Assembly: GCA_041389005.1 (NCBI GenBank)
Contig: JAWKSR010000003.1
Location: forward strand, 2,377-66,376
Source: Minisyncoccota bacterium
GTDB taxonomy: Bacteria > Patescibacteriota > Minisyncoccia > Phycocordibacterales > UBA918
Reading direction: 5' to 3'
DNA: 64,000 bases
Below the pieces are notes generated by a model. The model did not search any database and had not been told where the DNA came from. It saw only the letters and a program-made list of their open reading frames with translations. Shown here piece by piece: positions 56,812 to 64,000 of this stretch (position 1 is its first letter; each line of letters begins with the position of its first letter). Position numbers and translations under genes: made by a program.

Positions 56812-57133
56812 GCCTATAAAGAAAATCGCTTCGAAGGCGAAAATCTCGCCCTAGGCGTTTGTTCAAAATTGCGCAAACCATTTGCCAGCAGCTAATGTTG
56901 CCCCATAGTTTGACGCCTGTTTTGCCGCCAAATCGTATGCTCACAGGCACTCCCGCACTCGTCAAGGGTCATTTCATGTATGAAGGTTTTGTAGGCTTCA
57001 CTGCGCATATGAGCTGACCCTTTTTTACAATACCGACCTTACATCTCTGCCGCTCTTTGGTACGGAAAACAATTTTCATTCATGGCCTCATCTGCTTCGC
57101 TACAGCTGAATTTACTATCAAGCTGTTTTTTGT

Positions 57134-57720
57134 CTAGAAAGAAGCGAGTGCGTCATAGAAGAAGTCTTCTTTTTCGGGCCAACTACTGGTATCAATCGGA
57201 ATTTCTCGCTTGCGGTAGCCGTCTTTGTTTCCTACGTGACCAGCTCCAGCGCGTACTCCATCTTCTTTAGTCACCTTTTTTACGTCTTGCTCGCAGTACT
57301 TCTTGATTTTGCCGATTTCCTTTTTGCCGCATCGTACAGCCTGCAATATCCGGCACTTTTGCGAGCACCCACGGTTGCCAAGCGGCGGAATCAAGCCGCA
57401 AGCATCAGTCCCAAAGGCTCTCGGATGTATTCAAGCAGGTCGATGCTTTTTATGGTATCAGAGATCGCCGAGGTATTTATTCAAAAGCGGAATATCAAAG
57501 TGGTTGCTGTTGTACCCAATCAGGGCATCTGCTTGCTCGATGATAGGCCAGAGTACATGGAGTTCATCCACGGTGGCTGTAGTATAGGAATCAGTTTTGC
57601 TGTCGTAGACGGTAGCAACAGAATGTCAAGCGCCGTTAAAATATTACTACCGACTTCTTGAAAGATATTTTGGGTCTCGAGGTCAAAAACTGTAGCGCAT
57701 ATGCATGTAATGTCTGGCAT
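57134..57720 (-). CDS. DEDD-family 3-prime to 5-prime exonuclease (DnaQ/RNase D-like), frameshifted
   Basis: Exo I (ICATVFDLETQ), Exo II (GYNSNHFDIPLL) and Exo III (YCEQDVK, Y-x3-D type) motifs across three frames. It starts right after the hisS stop. Confidence 0.6.
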
Positions 57721-57721
57721 T

Positions 57722-58983
57722 CTACCATAGTGCGCTACGAGAGTTCTTTGATGATTTTTCAACCGATCCTGCTATCTCTGGTTTCATTGAGAGTTTGAGT
57801 GTATAAGAATTGTTCTTTATTTCATCTTCACCAACAATACGCGTAGTCCGCGAAGTTGTCTACAGCGTGTGAGAGTTTCTTGGCGAGTTTGCAGTGCTTA
57901 TGTCCACCGTGGTACTAAACCCGGCAGCACAAAACTCTTGCGCGACTTTTGCAACTAGGTTGGCGCGCTTTCCATTGGGATGATCACGAGCTCAGCTTTC
58001 GTAATATTAGCAGTGAGTAGGTTGTGGGTCTCAAGGAAATCACGCATAGTGACGTCGCCAAAGCCAAAGCCCACACCGGATATTTTCTCGTCACTAAACA
58101 GCCCAGTCAGGTTGTCATAGCGACCGCCCCCAAGAAGTGAGCGGTTATTCTCACCTGAGGTATCAAAGAATTCAAATACAGTACCGGTGTAGTAATCGAA
58201 GCCACGAGCGATAGAGCGGTCAACGGTTACATTATCAATACCAAGTTCCTTAAGGGCACTAACAACCGCGTTGTCTTCTGAGTCAGTACCAGACACAAAG
58301 TCAAATACTTTATCTACCGTTTCTGTACTATTGAGGATAGCAGAGAGCTCTTGACGGTACTCTGCTTCAGGCAGTTTGTGGAAGCGGTCATTGAGGCGAG
58401 TAATGGCAGTCTGGACTGCGTTATCAGTAATACCAAGTGTCTCAAAGAAGGCGTTCATCTCGCGGCGGTCATTCACGCTGATTTTGAACATTTCTGGGTC
58501 AGCACCAAAGTTGAGAAATACCTGGTACGCCAGCGCAATAATCTCTACATCGGCTGCAACTTCGTCAGTGCCAAAAATATCGCAGTTTAACTGCCAGTGC
58601 TCACGCAAGCGACCTTTCTGGGCGCGCTCGTAGCGAAAGAGGTTGGGGATAGAGTACCAGCGTACGGGAAAAGCCAACTCCTTTGCTTTTTTAGCAATCA
58701 TGCGTGCCACGGTCGGAGTCATTTCTGGGCGCAGAGTTACTTCGCGGTCACCACGGTCGATGAACGTATAGGTCTGTTCATTAACCATCTCTTCGTTTTC
58801 TGCTCCTTTGGCTTTATAGAGATCAGCTGGTTCAAGTACCGAAGCATCATATCGCTCAAATCCGAAGCTTTCGGCAGTCTGGCTCCAGACATCAAAAATA
58901 TAGCGTTGCACCGCCATATCGTCTGGATAGAAGTCTCGTACGCCTTTGTACGGGTCTGTTGAAAGATGTTTCATAGGTAGCAC
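57722..58983 (-). CDS. hisS: histidine-tRNA ligase, frameshift near 57950
   Basis: Class II catalytic core (RGVRDFYPDDMAVQRYIFD...EVTLRPEMTPTVARM...YQVFLNFG...LLGGGRYDNL) in the 342-aa ORF. The anticodon-binding domain is downstream in another frame. Confidence 0.85.
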
Positions 58984-59010
58984 TACCTTACCGTTATTTT
59001 ACCGCTCTGA

Positions 59011-59571
59011 CTAGAGGTTGGCGTGATTTTCGGTGCTCGGGATACGGTTATCTGCCGCCTTAAGAATGAGTCCTTTAAGTTCACGTGGCTTAGGGAGTGA
59101 ACGAGCAGTAAATTCTTCCTCAGCGTGTCCAGCAGTCTCCGCGTGCAGATCGCCGTAATCAAGTAAGGTAGCAATCACACCGTTAATTTCAATCTCAAGG
59201 TCTTGCAGGCGTTCGAGACGAAACGAGGTAACGTGGCGGCGAAAAAAGCCGCGCTGATTGATCAAAATAGCCCGCCGGTCTGTGATGGTAAGCACGTCAA
59301 GATAGTAGTTGGTCCAGACATTGAAGATAACAAACCACACGACCATAGCTAAGACCGACTGAAAGAAAAGTAACCAGGTCCAGTAATCTCCCAAATGCAT
59401 CGGCAACGAAACGTAGTTGCTTAAAATGCCCTGTCCGAGGAAAAGCAGGGGAATTGGCAGCATTGCAGTCATGGCCAGCAAAAAGATATTACTCACAATC
59501 ACAAACCAGTGTCGCCGCACTTGGCTGAGCACTCGTTCGTCCGGTTCAAGCTGAATTTTTTCAAGGAGCAT
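59011..59571 (-). CDS. membrane protein with a bacterial PH domain (YdbT-like)
   Basis: Two N-terminal TM helices, then DVLTITDRRAILINQRGFFRRHVTSFRLERLQDLEIEINGVIATLL (bPH_2-like). Confidence 0.55.
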   Translation of the reverse strand: MLLEKIQLEPDERVLSQVRRHWFVIVSNIFLLAMTAMLPIPLLFLGQGILSNYVSLPMHLGDYWTWLLFFQSVLAMVVWFVIFNVWTNYYLDVLTITDRRAILINQRGFFRRHVTSFRLERLQDLEIEINGVIATLLDYGDLHAETAGHAEEEFTARSLPKPRELKGLILKAADNRIPSTENHANL

Positions 59572-59573
59572 AC

Positions 59574-59789
59574 CTAAAACATTAAAAAGTAACTGACTAC
59601 CATTCCGCTCACAAAGAGTCCGGTACCGCCAAGAAAGATTGCCAAGGCAGTCATATTAGTCTTGCGACTTGAGCCGTAGGAAAACCAGTGGTAACCGACC
59701 ACTAGGACATACACTATCGTGATGATAATAGACAGGAGAATAATAAGCTGGACTGCTAATTCGAGAATCGGAGTGGTGTCAGGTGTCAT
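59574..59789 (-). CDS. small membrane protein with 2 TM helices, partner of the bPH protein
   Basis: Its stop abuts the start of the bPH gene, and it is hydrophobic. Confidence 0.45.
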   Translation of the reverse strand: MTPDTTPILELAVQLIILLSIIITIVYVLVVGYHWFSYGSSRKTNMTALAIFLGGTGLFVSGMVVSYFLMF

Positions 59790-59807
59790 ACCACTATTGT
59801 GCCATAG

Positions 59808-60420
59808 TTAGTTGACCTTACGAATGAGTTGTGTGTATCGTGCAACACCGTATTGGTCGTGGTGGGTGTGAGGAGTAAAGGCTTTCGCAGCGTACTTCTG
59901 TATGGCAGGAGCTTGTTCTGGCTCGTGCTCAAGCCAGAGTTGACCAGTTGGGGTGAGGTGAGTTGGTGCGTCAGCAATAATGCGTTTTATCAGCTCCATA
60001 CCACTTACGCCACCATAGAGGGCGATAGCGGGTTCGTGCGCTTTAACCGATGGTTCGGTGCGATCAAGAGCTGGGTCGATGTAAGGGGATTCGATAAAAT
60101 AAAGTCAAAGTCACCAGTAACATTTTCAAATACGTCTGATTGAAATACCCGATAGCGCGTACAGTCGATACCGTTCTCTTTCAAATTACGAGCGATAGTG
60201 GGAGGTGTACCTCATCGAGCTCAGCAAAAGTAATATGTGTTTCTGGCAGCGCTTTAGCTACCACAATCCCAATACAGCGGAGCCAGCACAGAGATCGAGG
60301 ACGCGCAATGGACGCGACTCTGTCGCGTCCACTTGGCACATCACCACTATGACTTTTCTACCAAAACTCAGTTTCTGGACGCGGGATAAGTGGTCGTGAA
60401 TCAAGATACATAGCTGCAAC
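59808..60420 (-). CDS. prmC: release factor glutamine N5-methyltransferase (HemK/PrmC), frameshifted
   Basis: RVLDLCAGS, FILSNPPYI and the C-terminal ...LWLEHEPEQAPAIQKY lie across frames. Confidence 0.7.
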
Positions 60421-60817
60421 TGAGGAAGGGAATATGTCCAATTATGTATGCCAGCGGCTCACCCGCTAGGCGTGTACAATCAGCGTGGAAAGCTTCACTT
60501 TCCACGCCTCCGTGTTTCTCCTTTAGCAACCACACTTCGTCTTTCGTCATTTCAGAACTATGCGTTGTCTCATGGTTTATGTCAATAAATTCTAAACTTA
60601 TGATAGATGCAGACTATGAAAAGTGCCCTAAGTGAACTCAGGGCACCAGCTACTCACGATGACACCGTTAGGCACGCCATCATTTGCTCCCGTTTCCGAG
60701 TACAGTACCTGCCATTGTTATGGCCCGTTTCGCTGGCAACACAAATCTACATCACATATGAAAAAGTTCCAACTTTATTCCAAACAATCAACGTGAATTA
60801 CTGCAAACTCACAAACG

Positions 60818-61096
60818 CTAAAACAGCGAAAGTAATGGCTCAAAAGCCAGAAGTGTTTTTAAAAAGTAGCTCACCGCTTTAGACTGTCGGTTTTCTAACA
60901 ACAGTAACACCGGCTGGTAGAAAAATAGAAATGCCATTACCGCTGCTGAAAACACAAACAGTGATATAGCACCCACTCCATCAATGAGTGTGTCTGGTGT
61001 ATCGTGTTGCTTTGATTCCAAAAAGTGTATGAAAATCACTACAAGAAAAATATAGCTACTCGCTGCCAAAGCGTTTAGGTAAGGACTCCATTTCAT
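60818..61096 (-). CDS. small membrane protein, 92 aa, 3 predicted TM helices
   Basis: Hydrophobic segments read directly. No family was assigned. Confidence 0.35.
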   Translation of the reverse strand: MKWSPYLNALAASSYIFLVVIFIHFLESKQHDTPDTLIDGVGAISLFVFSAAVMAFLFFYQPVLLLLENRQSKAVSYFLKTLLAFEPLLSLF

Positions 61097-61251
61097 ATAT
61101 GCAATTAAACTTCCAAAGAATCATTTTAGTTGCACAATGATTTGTTATACTTACGCTCATGTCAGAGTTCCCCGCCCAACTTTTCAGTTTTTGTGATGGG
61201 AGTGGTGCTGGACGGATTTGAGGATACATACATATAGTTTGATATACATCT

Positions 61252-62008
61252 ATGAATGAAAAGTTAGGCGGGCAGGCAATACTTGAGATTAAGAATCTCA
61301 CTAAGAAGTACGGCACAAAAACAGCGGTAGATAATATTTCACTTTCCATCCCGAAAGGTACCTTTTACGGACTCCTGGGTCCCAACGGCGCTGGGAAAAG
61401 CACCACTATTCACTGCATTACTGGTATTGCACAGCCGACAAGTGGACAGATACTCGTTGATGGTATTGATGTGGTAAAAGACTACAAACAAGCCCGGACT
61501 AAAGTCGGTCTCTCACCCCGGAATTTAACTTGGACTTTTTTGCTACCACCGAGCAGTTGGTTGACTATATGGGTAGCTACTACGGCATCCCGCAGGCGGT
61601 GCGTAAAAGGCGAATTGATGAGCTCATTGCTCGTTTTGACTTAGGAGAACATCGTAAAGTAAAGTTTCAAAAACTTTCCGGAGGCCTTAAGCGTCGGGCG
61701 ATTCTCGCGCGAGCACTCGTGCACACCCCTGATCTTCTGATTCTCGATGAGCCAACCGCTGGGGTTGATGTTGAACAGCGTCGTGATCTTTGGCAGTACC
61801 TCAAAGAAATGAACGAACGGGGAAGACGATTATTCTTACTTCACACTATCTGGAGGAGATTCAGTACTTGTGTAACGAGATTGCCATTATCAACCACGGG
61901 CGGATTGTGGCTGAGGGTACCAAGGAAGAATTTATGAAAGATGGTAAGTCGGTTGAAGAAACCTACCTGGAGATTACAAAGAAGGATAACCAAATGACAT
62001 CAGTATGA
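61252..62008 (+). CDS. ABC transporter ATP-binding protein, 2 frameshifts
   Basis: Walker A (GLLGPNGAGKST), signature (LSGGLKRRAILARAL), Walker B (LLILDEPTAGVD) and the H-loop region. Confidence 0.8.
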
Positions 62009-62817
62009 AGGTGAATTGGATTGGACTCTACACTATGATTCGTCGTGAAGTAGTACGCACGATGCGTGTTTCCGTGCAGACGCTTGTCGCACCAGTCGTA
62101 TCAGCTGGCACTACCACATTTTCATATTTGGTACGGTAATCGGCTCTAAGATTGATGACTTTGCTGGCGTACCGTACATTTCTTTTGTTTTTCCGGGCGT
62201 ATTGATGCTCTCCATCATAAACGCTTCGTTTTCCAGTGCATCAAGTGCCTTGTACTTCATGCGCTTTACCCGCGGGATTGAAGAGATACTAATCACGCCG
62301 TTTTCGTATCTTGAGATGTTACTGGGCTTTGTGGGCAGTGCCATTATGCGTGCCTTGATGGTGGCGTTTTTGATCCTTGGAGTTGGGGTAGCTTTTGGTG
62401 CAGTGCAGTTGGTGAGTCAATTGCAATTTGTGCTTTATGTCTCTGCCATCGCTGCTATTTTTGCGATGCTCGGTATTTTGGTAGCACTATGGGCAGAGGG
62501 TTTTGAGCAGTTACCAGGCACCTCAATACCTTTGTTATTACACCGCTGACGTACCTCGGTGGTATCTTCTACTCCCATCACGATGTTGCCGGAACTAGCT
62601 GCCACTATCACGCGCTTTAATCCTTTCTTTTATTTTGCTGACGGTATCGGGAACCATGATCGGGTATTCAGAAGCCTCAACCGAAATTGGGATTCTTATC
62701 ACTGTTGGTCTGGTGTTGGTGCTTGGAGCGCTGGTAACGTATCTCTTCAGTGTTGGGTGGAAGATTCATGGTGCTTCCACAACCAGAGACGGGACTGCAA
62801 GATTGCTGATACACTAA
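62005..62817 (+). CDS. ABC-2 type permease, frameshifted
   Basis: The start overlaps the ATPase stop (ATGA). Six TM-like segments are spread across frames. Confidence 0.6.
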
Positions 62818-62836
62818 GGTCAGTAATCTTTTTTAT

Positions 62837-63817
62837 ATGAATACGGAAAAACTCTATAAACACGCGGCACAGTTAGTAACTCCCGGCAAAGGCATTTTGG
62901 CAGCAGATCAATCCGCTCGCACCATGAATAAACAGTTGGCGGCTATTGGAGTGGAGAAGGTCGGCGGAAATGCGCCGGCAGTACCGACAGCATTTACCAC
63001 AGAGGAGTTGAGCAGTACATCACAGGTGTCATCCTCTACGATGCAACTATCCGTAATCAGAGCGATGACGGCACACCGTTTGTTGACCTGCTTGTTTCTA
63101 AGGTGTCATTCCTATTATTAAAGTTGATAAGAGCACCACTCCTTTAGCCGGGTTCCCGGGAGAGGTGACAACCGAGGGTCTTGATGGACTGGCAGAGCGT
63201 CTGGCTGAGTATCACACCATGGGTGCGCGGGCTGCCAGTGGCGTGCGGTTATCAATATTGGTGAGGGACTGCCAACCCTTGAGAGTATCAAGCTTAATTG
63301 TCTACTTCTAGCTCGCTACGCACGATTGTGCCAAGAGGCGGAAATTGTACCGATTGTTGAACCGGAAGTGATATTTAAAGGCAGTCATGATTTAGCGCGC
63401 GCTGAAGAAGTGACCACGCTTACACTCCAGACCTTATTTGCAGTCTTGAAGCAATACCGAGTTGACCTTAAGGGATTAATCCTCAAATCAAGTATGGTAA
63501 TTGCTGGTAGTGAACATAGTGAGCAGACCGACCCTGCTACGGTAGCAGAGGCATTATTCGCACCTTTGAAACAGCTGTGCCGTCTGAAGTACCTGGTATT
63601 GTCTTTCTCTCTGGCGGGCAGACACCAGAACGAGCGACTGAAAACCTTAATGCGATCGCCAAGCAGAAAGCGCGTGGTGATCTGCCGTAGGAACTGGCAT
63701 TTTCATTTTCCCGTGGTATTGAGCAACCGGTTCAGCAGACCTGGCATAGAAGCGGAACATAAAGCCGCTGCCCAAGCAAAACTCATTGAAACGTTACAAA
63801 AAGAACTGCGCCGCTGA
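62837..63817 (+). CDS. class I fructose-bisphosphate aldolase, frameshifted
   Basis: [24 protein letters not shown] at the N-terminus. Later blocks (IVPIVEPEV; IVLFSGGQTPE-like) lie in other frames. Confidence 0.65.
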
Positions 63818-63867
63818 CCGGGGTGAGTTGTAGGCTATATTATTACTGATTATAAAAAATAAACCCT

Positions 63868-63897
63868 GCAACTTGCGTTGCAGGGTCGAAAGAATCG
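63868..63897 (+). terminator. hairpin aaaccctgcaac ttgc gttgcagggt
   Basis: 12-bp stem after the aldolase gene. The poly-A is on the 5-prime side, so it may serve the minus strand instead. Confidence 0.5.
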
Positions 63898-64000
63898 TGT
63901 TTTGTTGGTACCTAATACCAGGTCATGGGCGTCCTCCGCTTTGCATTCACTGGCTCACGTGTGTGAGCGCCGCCGAATGTCAGGCGACCCAGCCCGAGCG

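Noticed and set aside
56587-56965. ORFs 56587-56895 (+) and 56756-56965 (-) in the uppP/exonuclease spacer
   Set aside because: They overlap the long inverted repeat and have no RBS or homology, so they are probably non-coding.

Overview
The window is a 64 kb stretch of bacterial chromosome dominated by core information-processing genes. These include ribosomal proteins (rpmE, rpsB, rpsP, rpmF), translation factors (prfA, tsf, prmC), tRNA synthetases (pheS, pheT, thrS, hisS), replication genes (gyrB, dnaE, dnaG, smc, rnhB), transcription genes (rpoB, rpoC, rpoD, a nusB-Nudix fusion) and RNA-processing genes (rnc, rnr, trmD), plus one tRNA-Thr. Several features suggest a reduced-genome, Gram-positive-type lineage such as Patescibacteria/Saccharibacteria-like organisms (inference only). 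These are the compact protein forms (194-aa EF-Ts, 243-aa PheS, ThrRS lacking the TGS domain, 758-aa SMC), a sortase-like gene, a DsbA-like gene, type IV pilin-like genes, large repeat-domain surface proteins and a Lys-rich sigma-70 N-terminus. The main caveat applies to every call. Many conserved, essential genes (prfA, rpsB, pheT, gyrB, dnaE, rpoB, rpoC, dnaG, trmD, uppP, hisS and others) continue homology in a different reading frame every few hundred bp. That pattern indicates indel-type sequence errors or an unpolished long-read assembly rather than pseudogenes or stop-codon recoding. I found no CRISPR array, rRNA, integrase, transposase or recognisable defence system. The second-look candidates are a near-identical 0.75 kb tandem segmental duplication joining the 3-prime end of rnc to a pilin gene; a pilin paralog with a SYYSQA x5 repeat tail; an in-frame NusB-Nudix fusion ORF; a lone purC-like gene inside the rpsP-trmD-rpoB neighbourhood; an accessory island at roughly 12.5-18.3 kb; a thrice-repeated promoter motif; and several small ORFs and hairpin-flanked cassettes.
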